Part shown: positions 1 to 9,385 of the stretch, piece by piece
How positions within the stretch are numbered: position 1 is the stretch's first letter
Layout of the letters: each line of letters opens with the position of its first letter
From: an uncultured Burkholderiales bacterium
GTDB lineage: Bacteria; Actinomycetota; Acidimicrobiia; IMCC26256; JAOSJL01
Length of the DNA stretch: 40,486 nt
Assembly (NCBI GenBank): GCA_964424125.1
Contig: CAYRHS010000005.1
Span: 1-40,486 of the forward strand
Direction of reading: 5' to 3'
Notes under the pieces: model-generated
The model's database searches: none
The model's input: the letters and a program-made list of their open reading frames with translations, nothing else
Told to the model about the DNA's origin: nothing
Position numbers and translations under genes: made by a program

Positions 1-828
1 CAGCTCCAGCGCGACCTCCGTCGGGCCGATCCCGCGCATGCAGTGCGCGAGCCGGGCGGGCCCGAGACGGGCCGGGCCCAGCCGGTGGCCGTTCCCGCGC
101 CCGCCGAGCACGTGATCGGCGGGGACCGGCAGGTCGGTGATCCGGATCTCGCAGTGGTTCCCTTGGCCGGCCAGCGTATCGATGTCCCGTACGACCTCCC
201 AGCCGTCGGCGGGGATGTCGACGAGGAACGCCGTGTTCGCGGCCTGGGGCGGGTCGGCGTCGGGATCGGTCTTGGCCACGAGGATCGCGAAGGCCGCGCC
301 CCGTGCTCCGGAGATGAACCACTTGTGGCTGTTGACGACCCACTCGTCGCCATGGAGCACGGCGGTCGTCCGGATCCCGGTGGGGTCCGACCCAGCGACC
401 TCGGGCTCGGTCATCGCGAAGCAGCTGCGGGCGCGGCCCTCGACGAGCGGCAGGAGGTACCGGTCCTGCTGCTCGGGCGTGCCGTGGTGGAGCAGGGTGT
501 GCATGTTGCCCTCGTCGGGCGCCTGCGCGTTCAGCACGAACGGACCGAACGTGGTGCGCGCCGCCTCGGCGGACACGAACGCCATCGCCGTCGGCCCGAG
601 GCCGAGGCCGCCCCACTCGACCGGCATGTGGGGGAGGAACACCTCGGCGTTCCGGGCCCGTTCCCGCAGCTCGACGATCATCGCCACGACGTCGCGGCGG
701 GCCGGCTCGCCTCCGGGGGCCTCCCCGAAGAGCCGCGCTTCGGCGGGCCGCACCTCGGTGTCCATGAAGGCGCGGACCCGCCGGCGCACGTCCTCGACGT
801 CGGCCGGCAGGGTGAAGTCGATCGCCAT
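1..828 (-). CDS. Acyl-CoA dehydrogenase family protein (ACAD10/11-, LvaC-like), 3' end outside the window
   Basis: Not in the ORF track because there is no stop in the window. Translated by hand from ATG at 828: MAIDFTLPADVEDVRRRVRAFM...NAQAPDEGNMHTL...RSCFAMTEPEVAGSDP...KWFISGA...RLGPARLAHCMR, which are typical ACAD motifs. Confidence 0.93.
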   Translation of the reverse strand, partial: MAIDFTLPADVEDVRRRVRAFMDTEVRPAEARLFGEAPGGEPARRDVVAMIVELRERARNAEVFLPHMPVEWGGLGLGPTAMAFVSAEAARTTFGPFVLNAQAPDEGNMHTLLHHGTPEQQDRYLLPLVEGRARSCFAMTEPEVAGSDPTGIRTTAVLHGDEWVVNSHKWFISGARGAAFAILVAKTDPDADPPQAANTAFLVDIPADGWEVVRDIDTLAGQGNHCEIRITDLPVPADHVLGGRGNGHRLGPARLGPARLAHCMRGIGPTEVALEL

Positions 829-862
829 GGCGGCCAGTGTGGCCCAGCGCGGACGTTCGGCG

Positions 863-2074
863 TCAGCAGCGAGGAGCTGTTCCGCGTCGCTGGCGCAACG
901 ACGTCCCTTGGGTCCGCCAGCGTCGGGGGGTGCCGAGGACGGCCCGCGGGTAGTCCTCGAACATCCACCGGGCGAACTGGCGCCGGGTCCAGGGCGTGAG
1001 GTCGACGGCCCGCAACGCCGCGCGGGTCCCCAGAGGGCGGGCGAGCACTCGCTGGAGCAAGGCGGCGAGACGGAGGTCGGCTCCGAGCGCTCGCTCGACG
1101 GAGTGGCGATACCGATCGGTCACGGACTCAGGCCAGCCGCCCGCGACCACCGCCTCGGCGGCCAGGATGCCGGTCTCCAGCGCCTGGGCGATGCCCTCAC
1201 CGGTGAGCGGATCGACCACGCCGGCGGCGTCGCCCACGTAGAGCACGCGCCGGGCGGTCAGCTCGTCGACCTCGAGGTGGCCGGGGATGGGCCACGCGCG
1301 GTGGGGCCGTTCGGGGCGACCGTCGCCGAGGACGCGGCGCAACGTCGGTCGCCCGAGCAGGTCGCGCCAACGCGCCGCGAGCTCCTTGCCCGTCAGCTCG
1401 GGCCCGCGCAACACGCCGAAACCCACGTTGGCCCGCCCGCCGGGGAGGGGGAACACCCAGGCGTAGCCGGGGAGCAGGTCGGGCTCGAAGAGCACCCACA
1501 GCCGGGGGTCGTTCACCTCCGACCAGTACTGGCGGAACGCGTGCCACGTGCCGAGCCGTTTGGGCCGGTGAGGCTGGAGGATCCGGCGGACGGTGGAGAA
1601 GTGGCCGTCGGCGGCGACGAGATACGGGGCCCGCACGAGGCCGAGCGCCGCCGTCCGGACCGTGACCCCGTCGACCTCGTCCTCGACGTCCACGACAGCA
1701 GCGCCCTCCCGCACCTCGACGCCGCGCTCGCGGGCCAGGTCCACGAGCGCGGCGTCGAGGTCCCGGCGGGAAACGACCCCGGCGTGCTCGCCATCGGTGG
1801 GCAGCCGGAGGACGACCCGTCGCCCACTCGGCGAGACGACGACGCATTCCGACACGGGCGCGTACCCGGGGAGCTCCGGCGCGGCGAGGCCGAGGTGCTC
1901 GAGGTGACGGAGAGCGGCGGCGGTGAGGCCGTCGCCGCACGTCTTGTCGCGAGGAAACGTCGCCTTGTCGATCAGCACCACGTCGAGCCCCGCCGTGCGC
2001 GCCGTCAGCGCGGTGGCGACGCCGGCCGGCCCGGCGCCCGCCACCGCCAGGTCGCAGCTTCGTTCGGAGGGCAC
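863..2074 (-). CDS. Geranylgeranyl reductase family FAD-dependent oxidoreductase
   Basis: C-terminal part of ORF 863..3154: DLAVAGAGPAG (Rossmann), FPRDKTCGDGLT, GYAWVFP, VGDAAGVVDPLTGEGI. Start placed at GTG 2074, just before the FAD-binding motif. Confidence 0.9.
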   Translation of the reverse strand: MPSERSCDLAVAGAGPAGVATALTARTAGLDVVLIDKATFPRDKTCGDGLTAAALRHLEHLGLAAPELPGYAPVSECVVVSPSGRRVVLRLPTDGEHAGVVSRRDLDAALVDLARERGVEVREGAAVVDVEDEVDGVTVRTAALGLVRAPYLVAADGHFSTVRRILQPHRPKRLGTWHAFRQYWSEVNDPRLWVLFEPDLLPGYAWVFPLPGGRANVGFGVLRGPELTGKELAARWRDLLGRPTLRRVLGDGRPERPHRAWPIPGHLEVDELTARRVLYVGDAAGVVDPLTGEGIAQALETGILAAEAVVAGGWPESVTDRYRHSVERALGADLRLAALLQRVLARPLGTRAALRAVDLTPWTRRQFARWMFEDYPRAVLGTPRRWRTQGTSLRQRRGTAPRC

Positions 2075-2161
2075 GGTCGCCGACCGTACCGGCGGGTTCG
2101 GGCCCGCTCCGAGCCGAGGTCCTATCGTCGGGAACCCCACTTGCGGTCCGCCGGAGGCGAC

Positions 2162-3082
2162 GTGGGCGTCATCGAGGTCGAAGGGCTCCGGAAGCGCTAC
2201 GTGGGTTGGCGTGGGAAGCAGACGACGGCGCTCGACGGCCTCGATCTCTCTGTCCCCGAGGGTGGCGTGTACGGGTTCCTCGGGCCCAACGGCTCCGGGA
2301 AGACCACCACGATCCGCTGCCTCCTCGGCCTGATCCGGCCCAGCGCGGGCTCCAGCCGGGTCCTCGGTGTCGACTCCCGACGTTCCCTCGGCGAGGTCGT
2401 CTCGCGTGTCGGCTCGATCGTGGAGACACCGCGGTTCTTCCCCAACTTCTCGGGCGAGCGCAACCTCACACTGTTCGCGGGGCTCGACGGGATCGAGCCG
2501 ACGCGGGTACGGGCTGCGCTCGAGACGACGGGCCTCACGGAGCGAGCACGGGACTCGTTCCGCTCGTATTCGCTGGGGATGAAGCAGCGGCTCGGGATGG
2601 CGGCCGTGCTGATGAAGGACCCGGAGCTGCTGATCCTCGACGAGCCTGCGAACGGCCTCGACCCGGCCGGCATCGTCGAAGTGCGGGAGCTCGTCCGGCG
2701 ACTCGGAGCCGAGGGCCGCACCGTGTTCGTGTCGAGCCATCTCCTCGCCGAGGTCCAGCAGATGTGCGACCGCGTCGCGATCCTCAACCGGGGGCGCTGC
2801 GTGGCCGCGGGGCCAGTGGACGACGTCCTCACCCAGGGGGGCGGCGGCCGGCTCGTCGTGCGCGTCGAGGAACCCCGGCGGGCGGAGGACGTCCTGACGC
2901 GAGCGGGCTTCGAGGTGACACGCGACGGTGACGCGGTCCTCGTGACCGGCACGGGCAGGGACGGCGCGCAGGTCTCCCGGTGCCTCGCGGGAGCTGGGAT
3001 GTACCCGTGGGAGATCACGGCTCAGACCGTCGACCTCGAGACCGTGTTCCTCGAGCTGACCGGCCGGGAGACCTCGGGTTGA
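2162..3082 (+). CDS. ABC transporter ATP-binding protein (ABC-2/exporter type)
   Basis: Walker A GPNGSGKTT, signature YSLGMKQR, Walker B LILDEP, H-loop SSH. GGAGG RBS just upstream of GTG 2162. Confidence 0.93.
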   Translation: MGVIEVEGLRKRYVGWRGKQTTALDGLDLSVPEGGVYGFLGPNGSGKTTTIRCLLGLIRPSAGSSRVLGVDSRRSLGEVVSRVGSIVETPRFFPNFSGERNLTLFAGLDGIEPTRVRAALETTGLTERARDSFRSYSLGMKQRLGMAAVLMKDPELLILDEPANGLDPAGIVEVRELVRRLGAEGRTVFVSSHLLAEVQQMCDRVAILNRGRCVAAGPVDDVLTQGGGGRLVVRVEEPRRAEDVLTRAGFEVTRDGDAVLVTGTGRDGAQVSRCLAGAGMYPWEITAQTVDLETVFLELTGRETSG

Positions 3083-3993
3083 GCGCGCTCCTCGCGGTGG
3101 AGCTCCGCCGAGCGTTCTCGCGTCGGTTCGTGCACGTCCTGGCCGCGATGGCACTGGCGATCATCGTCGTGGCCGGGTTCGGCGTCTTCCTGAGCGCGGA
3201 GACCGAGGCGCCGGCGGCGAAAGCTCGGAGCGAGCTCCTCGAGACCTGCCAGTACGAGAGCGACGTCGCGCGCTGCCAGGCCGAGGTCCCGACCGTCTCC
3301 GAGATCGAGTCCGGAGACATCTTTGTGGTTTCGGACGATCCGCGCTTCGAGCTGACCGAGCTCTGGCCCGACGAACCCGGCTCCTTCGACATCGGAATCC
3401 TTCCCACGACGACGCTGCTCGGCTTCTTCCTCGCGATCGTGGTGGGCGCGTCGCTCATCGGTGCCGAGTACCGGGCCGGGACCATCGAGACGTTGCTCGT
3501 GTGGGAGCCGCGTCGGCTCCGCGTCGTCGCGGCCAAGCTCCTGAGCACCGCTGTCGTCGCTCTCCTCCTCTACCTGACGTTCCAGACGCTGCTCGCGCTG
3601 GCGCTGCTGCCCACGGCCGTGTTCCGCGGCGTGACCGAAGGGGCCGACGCGGCTTGGCTCGGCCATCTCGTGGTCTCGCTTCTCCGTATCGGCGCCATCG
3701 TGGCCGCGTTGGCCGTCGTTGGCGGGTCGTTCGCGGTGATCACGCGCAACACCGGGGGCGCAATCGCCCTCGTGTTCGCGTACCTGATCGGGGTCGAGGT
3801 CATGGTCCAGAGCCTGAGCGACGGGTTGAACAGGTGGTTCGTCGTCCCCAACCTCGTCCTGGCGACGGGTCTGATACCGGTCGACTTCGAGCTGACCCGC
3901 TCGGCGGCGGCAGCGACCGTGCTGTTGCTCGGCTACCTGGCGACGCTGGTCGCGGTGACGGCCGGCCTCTTCCGGACCCGGGACCTGGGCTGA
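3079..3993 (+). CDS. ABC transporter permease (ABC-2 family)
   Basis: About 6 hydrophobic segments and GAEYRAGTIETLL..PRR...AK motif. The TTG start overlaps the ATPase stop (TTGA). Confidence 0.88.
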   Translation: MSALLAVELRRAFSRRFVHVLAAMALAIIVVAGFGVFLSAETEAPAAKARSELLETCQYESDVARCQAEVPTVSEIESGDIFVVSDDPRFELTELWPDEPGSFDIGILPTTTLLGFFLAIVVGASLIGAEYRAGTIETLLVWEPRRLRVVAAKLLSTAVVALLLYLTFQTLLALALLPTAVFRGVTEGADAAWLGHLVVSLLRIGAIVAALAVVGGSFAVITRNTGGAIALVFAYLIGVEVMVQSLSDGLNRWFVVPNLVLATGLIPVDFELTRSAAAATVLLLGYLATLVAVTAGLFRTRDLG

Positions 3994-4134
3994 GGGCGGC
4001 CCGTTTCGACCCGGGCCCCGACGAGCGACCAGTATTGGACCGACCCAGGCCCGAGCATCGGGTTCCGGCGCGCAGCGCTGCCCGCATGCAACGGACCGAC
4101 GAGCCGAGAAGCGGCGGACCACGAACGGAGCGTC

Positions 4135-4911
4135 ATGAACGTCGTCGTCTGCGTGAAGCAGATTCCCGACCCGGCTGCACCGGGTGAGCTCGACTCCGAC
4201 AACACGTTGAAGCGTGAGGGCAAGCTCATCCTCGACGAATCCGACAGCTACGGCGTCGAGATGGGCCTCCAGCTCGTCGACACGGCGGGTGAGGGGGAGG
4301 TGACGCTGGTCTCGATGGCCCCCAACGGGGAGGTCTCGGGGCTGCGTACCGCCCTCGCGATGGGTGCCGCCAAGGCCGTGCTCGTCTCCGACGACGCGCT
4401 CGCCGGCTCCGACGCGCTCGGCACCGCGAAGGTGTTGGCGAAGGCGATCGAACGGGTCGGTGACGCCGATCTGGTGCTCACGGGAACGGAGTCCACCGAC
4501 GGCTACACGGGGACAATCCCCACCCAGGTCGCCGAGCTGCTGGGCTGGCCCGCGCTCACGTTCGCGAAGCACATCGAGATCGGCGACGGCAAGGTCACGA
4601 TCCAGCGCCAGACCGAATCCGGCTACGACACCGTCGAGTCCCCGCTCCCGGCGATCGCGAGCGTGACCGCCGGTGTCGTCGAGCCCCGCTACCCGTCGTT
4701 CAAGGGGATCATGGCCGCGAAGAACAAGCCGGTCGACGAGGTGACGGTCGCGGACCTCGGCCTGGAGGGTCAGGTCGGTTGGTCCGGTGCGCACCAGGCG
4801 ATCACCGAGGTCAACGACGCCCCCGAACGGGAGGCCGGCGAGAAGATCGAGGACGAGGGGGAGGCGCACGAGCGCATCGTCGCCTTCCTCGACGAGCTCA
4901 AGGTCATCTAG
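4135..4911 (+). CDS. etfB: Electron transfer flavoprotein subunit beta
   Basis: MNVVVCVKQIPD start, ALAMGA, EPRYPSFKGIMAAK. Lies directly upstream of the alpha subunit. Confidence 0.96.
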   Translation: MNVVVCVKQIPDPAAPGELDSDNTLKREGKLILDESDSYGVEMGLQLVDTAGEGEVTLVSMAPNGEVSGLRTALAMGAAKAVLVSDDALAGSDALGTAKVLAKAIERVGDADLVLTGTESTDGYTGTIPTQVAELLGWPALTFAKHIEIGDGKVTIQRQTESGYDTVESPLPAIASVTAGVVEPRYPSFKGIMAAKNKPVDEVTVADLGLEGQVGWSGAHQAITEVNDAPEREAGEKIEDEGEAHERIVAFLDELKVI

Positions 4912-4938
4912 GGCTCAAGCTCATCGAGGAGAGGGAAG

Positions 4939-5904
4939 ATGGGAATCGGAACCGTCTGGGTGTTCGCGGAGGCCGACGGCGACAGCGTCGCATCGGGCAC
5001 GCTGGAGCTGCTCACGAAGGCCCGCGACCTCGGTGACACCGTCGAGGCCGTGTACGCGGGCGCCAACGCCGACGCGATCGCGGGTGCGCTCGGCGAGCAC
5101 GGCGCCACGACGGTCTACGCCGTCGATCCCGGCGACTCGCTGGTCGGCGTCATGGGCGCGGCCGCGCTGACGAAGCTCGTCGGCGAGCACTCGCCGGCCC
5201 TGGTCATGTTCGACCAGAGCTACGACGGTCGTGACGCCATCGCCCGCCTCTCGGCGCGCATCGACCGAACGGTGGTGACGAATGCCGCCGACGTCAACGT
5301 CGACGGTGGTCAGGTGCGCGTCAGCAATGCCATCTTCGGTGGCACCAAGATCGTCCAGACGGCCTTCGAGGGCGAGCCCCCGTGTCTCATCGCCTTCCGC
5401 CCCAAGTCGTTCGCGGCGGAGCCGTCGGGTGGGGGCGCGGCCGAGGTGGTCACGGTCGACGGCGTCGACGCCGGTCGCGCCGCCGAGGCGAAGGTCCTCG
5501 ACCGCCACGTCGAGGAGGCCGAGGGCCCGAAGCTCGAGGACGCCGACGTGGTCGTCTCCGGGGGTCGCGGGCTCGGCGGCGAGGAGCACTACTCGCTCGT
5601 CGAGGCACTGGCCAAGCTGCTGAAGGGCGCGCCGGGCGCGTCCCGCGCGATCGTCGACGCCGGCTGGGTGCCGTACTCGCACCAGGTCGGCCAGACGGGC
5701 AAGACGGTCAAGCCCAAGGTGTACATCGCCCTCGGCATCTCCGGAGCGACCCAGCACCTGGTCGGCATGAAGGGCAGCGACACGATCATCGCAGTGAACA
5801 AGGACCCCGAAGCGCCGATCTTCTCGGTGTCGGATCTCGGAGTCGTGGGTGACGTGCACAAGGTCGTCCCGAAGCTCATCGAGGCGCTCGAGGCACGGGC
5901 CTGA
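4939..5904 (+). CDS. etfA: Electron transfer flavoprotein subunit alpha
   Basis: [54 protein letters not shown]. Confidence 0.96.
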   Translation: MGIGTVWVFAEADGDSVASGTLELLTKARDLGDTVEAVYAGANADAIAGALGEHGATTVYAVDPGDSLVGVMGAAALTKLVGEHSPALVMFDQSYDGRDAIARLSARIDRTVVTNAADVNVDGGQVRVSNAIFGGTKIVQTAFEGEPPCLIAFRPKSFAAEPSGGGAAEVVTVDGVDAGRAAEAKVLDRHVEEAEGPKLEDADVVVSGGRGLGGEEHYSLVEALAKLLKGAPGASRAIVDAGWVPYSHQVGQTGKTVKPKVYIALGISGATQHLVGMKGSDTIIAVNKDPEAPIFSVSDLGVVGDVHKVVPKLIEALEARA

Positions 5905-5912
5905 CGGTCCCC

Positions 5913-6344
5913 TTGCATCCCGCGGTCGCCCCGCTCGCGTTCCTGCTCGGGACGTGGCGGGGTGAAGGGCGGCGTGACTACCCGACGATCGAGCCGTTCG
6001 CCTACCAGGAGGAGACGGTCTTCGCCCATGTGGGCAAGCCCTTCTTCTCGTACGCACAGCGGACGCGAGCGGTACCCGACGAAGCCCCGCTCCACGGCGA
6101 GACGGGGTACCTGCGGCCAACGAGTGGGGGCGCGCTGGAGCTCGTGATCGCCCATCCGACCGGGATCCTCGAGCTCGATCTCGGCCACGTCGATGGGACC
6201 ACGCTGGCGCTCCGTTCGGACCGCGTGCTGTGCACCCCCACGGCCAAGGAAGTCGTCGAGCTGCGCTACGTCCTCGACATGGCCGCGGTGGGCCAACCGC
6301 TCACGTTCCACCTGGAAGCCACGCTCCGTCGCGTCCGCGCCTGA
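5913..6344 (+). CDS. FABP/nitrobindin (THAP4-like heme-binding beta-barrel) family protein, possibly with an internal deletion
   Basis: [43 protein letters not shown]. Appears shorter than usual (see findings). Confidence 0.82.
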   Translation: MHPAVAPLAFLLGTWRGEGRRDYPTIEPFAYQEETVFAHVGKPFFSYAQRTRAVPDEAPLHGETGYLRPTSGGALELVIAHPTGILELDLGHVDGTTLALRSDRVLCTPTAKEVVELRYVLDMAAVGQPLTFHLEATLRRVRA

Positions 6345-6365
6345 GGAGTGCCGGCGCAGCCGGAC

Positions 6366-6989
6366 CTAGTCCTCTGCGGTGAGACCGCGAAGTTGCGCGT
6401 CGATCACCTGCTCGGCGAGGTCCTCGGGCCACGGGAAGTGCGGGTGCGACAGCTGGAGCGAGGTCACCCCGTGCACCACCGTCCAGAGGCCGGCTGCGGT
6501 CTCGAACGCGTCCACCCGACGGAACGCACCCGCTTCGACGCAGCGTTCGACCGCATCGACCAGATGGATGAATGCCTCCGAGCCCGGCATCCTCTCGAGC
6601 TCGAAGTCGTCCCGCACGTGGACACCGCCCATGAACAGGAACCGATAGGTGCCGGGGTTCTGGAGGCCGTCCTTGACGTAGGCGAGGCCCCGAGCGCGCA
6701 ACGCCGCCACGGGATCATCGACCTCGGCGGCCGCGGCTTCGGAGCGGGCGTCCATGCGGGCGAAGTGACGGACGCAGACCGCCAGCATCAACGCGTCCTT
6801 GTCCTCGAAGTGGCGGTAGATGGACGGTGGCGTCACCCCGACCGCGTCGCCGATGGCGCGGATCGAGACCGCGTCCTCACTCCCCGCCTCGATCAACAGC
6901 CGTTCGGTCGCGTCGAGGATCTCCTCACGCGTCCGGTCGCCTTCTCCTCGCGGTGCGCGCGGGCGAGCGGAGGATCCGGTGGTGCTCAC
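6366..6989 (-). CDS. TetR/AcrR family transcriptional regulator (WHG-type C-terminal domain)
   Basis: HTH SIRAIGDAVGVTPPSIYRHFEDKDAL and C-terminal LWTVVHG. The GTG start overlaps the MMPL stop (GTGA). Confidence 0.93.
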   Translation of the reverse strand: MSTTGSSARPRAPRGEGDRTREEILDATERLLIEAGSEDAVSIRAIGDAVGVTPPSIYRHFEDKDALMLAVCVRHFARMDARSEAAAAEVDDPVAALRARGLAYVKDGLQNPGTYRFLFMGGVHVRDDFELERMPGSEAFIHLVDAVERCVEAGAFRRVDAFETAAGLWTVVHGVTSLQLSHPHFPWPEDLAEQVIDAQLRGLTAED

Positions 6990-9271
6990 CGGGAGCCTGC
7001 CTTCTCCCCGATTCCGTCCGACCCGAGTGGGAGCTCGAGGTCGGGCGTCAGGTCGACCGCCGGCGTTTCGGGTCCTGCTTCGCTGATCCCGAAACGGTCG
7101 TAGATCCGCTGCATCCACGCCGGCGCCCACCAGTTCCAGCGTCCGGCCATGCGCATGAACGCGGGGACGAGCGTGCCCCGCACGACGAAGGCGTCCATGA
7201 GCACCGCGATCGCGAGCCCGAGGCCGAAGAGGATCATGAACGACACGCGTGCCGTCGCGAAGGCGAAGAACACGATGCTGATCAGCAACGCCGCCGCAGT
7301 GATGATCCGGCCGGTCCTCTCCAGCCCGAGGGCGACGGCGGCCGTGTTGTCACCGCTGGCGTCGTACTCCTCCTTGATCCGAGACAGGAGGAAGACCTCG
7401 TAATCCATGGACAGACCGAAGGCGACGCAGAACATGAGGATGGGGATGGTCGAGGTGAGCGTGCCCGTGGCGGTGAAGCCGAGCAGGCCGGAGAGGTGGC
7501 CGTCCTGGAAGATCCACACCATCGCCCCGAAGCTGGCCGTAAGGCTCAGGACGTTGAGCACGAGCGCCTTGAGCGGCACCACGACGCTGCCGAAGGCGAG
7601 GAACAGCAGGACGAACATCGCCGAGGCGATCAGGATGAGCGCAAGGGGCAAGGAGTCGAAGAGCGCCGCCTTCGAGTCGACGAGCCGCGCTCCCTCGCCG
7701 CCGACGAGCACGTCGAAGGGAGCATCGAGATCCCGGACCTCGTGGACGAGTGCCTCACCTTCGGGTGACACGGGTTCGAGATCGGGGACGACCGACCACC
7801 ACGTGGCGCTCTCCGCGCGGAAGCGGTCGCCGAGTCCTCCGCCGTCGGTCAGGGTCGCGCCATCGAAGAACGAGAGCACGGCTTCCCCGTCCTGGTAGAT
7901 CCCGGTCCGGGCGTCCACGCGCGCGACACCATCGAGCGTCGAGAGCTCGGACGCATAGGCGTCGATCTCGCCTGCACGGGCCAGGGGATGGCCGACGTCC
8001 TCGGCGACGACCTGGATCGCCCCCGCTTCGTTCGAGTCGAAGTTCTCGCGGATGTCATCGGAGACCTGACGGGAGGCGGCGTCTTCCGGCAGAACGCGGT
8101 CGTCAGGGAGTCCGAGCTCGAGTCGCAGGAACGGCGATCCGAGGAACAGGAGGAAGAGGATGACGAGGGTCGCGACGGGGAGTGGCCGCCGCATGACGAC
8201 TGTCGCGACGCGATGCCAGACCCCTTCGCTCGGTCGCTTCGGCGGCCGACGGAGCACCGCGAGACGGTTGACGTTGGGCCCGAGGACCGCGAGCAACGCG
8301 GGGAGCGAGAGGATCGCAGCCGACGCGGCGACGAGCGCCACCGCGATCCCCGCGTAGCCGAACGACCGGAGGAACGGAAGCGGGAAGACGAGGAGGGCGG
8401 CGAGGGAGATCGCGACCGTGACCGCGCTGAACAAGATCGTGCGGCCCGCGGTCTCGACGGTGCGAACCACAGCGGCGTCGGCGCTCCTTCCGGCCGCCAG
8501 CTCCTCCCGGAAGCGCGAGACGATGAAAAGGCTGTAGTCGATGGCCAGCCCCAAGCCCATCGCCGTGGTCATGTTCAGCGAGAAGATCGAGACCTCGGTG
8601 AAGCCGGCGACCAGTCGCAGGATCAGGAACGTGCCGATGATCGCGACGAGCCCCACGCCGAGTGGAAGAGCCGCAGCGACGAGCCCGCGGAAGACGAAGA
8701 GGAGCAGGATCAGCGTGAGGGGAATCGCGATGAGCTCGGCCCGGAGGAGGTCCTGCTCGATGATCTCGCCGACCTCCGTGAAGACCTGGGCCGAGCCCCC
8801 GACGCCCACGACCACGACGTCGTCCTCGATGGTGAAGCGTTCGGCGTGCTCGCTCACCCAGTCGTCGACGTCGTCATGGCTGCCGAGCACGTCGGCGACG
8901 ACGAGCGCTTGATCGCCGTCGGTGCTCCGCAGGGGCGATGCGTTCTGGTCCCAGTACGAGACGACTTCGCCGATCTGTTGGTCGGCGTCGAGCTCACGGG
9001 CGAGGGCCAGCCCCCGCTCCCGTACCGCAGCGTCGTCGACGTTCCCGTCCCGGGCGGTCACGAGCAAGAGGAAGTTGGGAGTGCCGGAGCCGAACTCCTC
9101 GGTCAGGACATCCTCGGTCCGGCTCGACTCGAAGCTGTCGTTGTCGAAACCGCCCGAGGAGAGGTGCTCGGCCACTCCGCCCCCGAAGACCGCGGCGACG
9201 ACCACCCCGGCCGCGGTGAGCACGAGGAGCACGACCCGCCGGCGGACGATGAAGTGCCCGAGCCGCTGCAT
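6986..9271 (-). CDS. MMPL (RND-superfamily) lipid transporter
   Basis: 761 aa with two TM blocks. GLGLAIDYSLFIVSRFREE and FGLSMDYEVFLLSRIKE (DY pairs), C-terminal NWWAP. GGAGGAG RBS. Confidence 0.95.
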   Translation of the reverse strand: MQRLGHFIVRRRVVLLVLTAAGVVVAAVFGGGVAEHLSSGGFDNDSFESSRTEDVLTEEFGSGTPNFLLLVTARDGNVDDAAVRERGLALARELDADQQIGEVVSYWDQNASPLRSTDGDQALVVADVLGSHDDVDDWVSEHAERFTIEDDVVVVGVGGSAQVFTEVGEIIEQDLLRAELIAIPLTLILLLFVFRGLVAAALPLGVGLVAIIGTFLILRLVAGFTEVSIFSLNMTTAMGLGLAIDYSLFIVSRFREELAAGRSADAAVVRTVETAGRTILFSAVTVAISLAALLVFPLPFLRSFGYAGIAVALVAASAAILSLPALLAVLGPNVNRLAVLRRPPKRPSEGVWHRVATVVMRRPLPVATLVILFLLFLGSPFLRLELGLPDDRVLPEDAASRQVSDDIRENFDSNEAGAIQVVAEDVGHPLARAGEIDAYASELSTLDGVARVDARTGIYQDGEAVLSFFDGATLTDGGGLGDRFRAESATWWSVVPDLEPVSPEGEALVHEVRDLDAPFDVLVGGEGARLVDSKAALFDSLPLALILIASAMFVLLFLAFGSVVVPLKALVLNVLSLTASFGAMVWIFQDGHLSGLLGFTATGTLTSTIPILMFCVAFGLSMDYEVFLLSRIKEEYDASGDNTAAVALGLERTGRIITAAALLISIVFFAFATARVSFMILFGLGLAIAVLMDAFVVRGTLVPAFMRMAGRWNWWAPAWMQRIYDRFGISEAGPETPAVDLTPDLELPLGSDGIGEKAGSR

Positions 9272-9290
9272 GGCTCCTCCCGCAAGGGCG

Positions 9291-9323
9291 TAACAACGTT
9301 AACGTAACGTCGGAAACTTTCCG
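9291..9323. promoter_or_regulatory. AT-rich control region of mmpL-tetR with candidate operator palindromes
   Basis: TAAC-N3-GTTA (9291-9301), ACGTTAACGT (9296-9305) and CGGAAA-C-TTTCCG (9311-9323). Minus-strand TACGTT (TAnnnT-type -10) at 9306-9301. Confidence 0.6.
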
Positions 9324-9385
9324 CGAGCCTGACCGATCGGGCCGACCGTGTCGACATGACATCGGTCACAGGCGAGGATCGGCCC

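Noticed and set aside
137-3082. 981-aa ORF that looks like a giant ABC ATPase fusion
   Set aside because: The first ~675 codons are a stop-free antisense shadow of the ACAD and reductase genes. The ATPase has its own RBS and GTG at 2162.
863-3154. 763-aa version of the geranylgeranyl reductase
   Set aside because: The N-terminal ~360 aa are antisense to the ABC ATPase. Homology begins at GTG 2074.
9304-9317. GTAAC...GAAAC as a GlnR box
   Set aside because: The spacer is 4 nt rather than the 6 nt of the GTnAC-n6-GAAAC consensus, and the flanking genes are not nitrogen genes.
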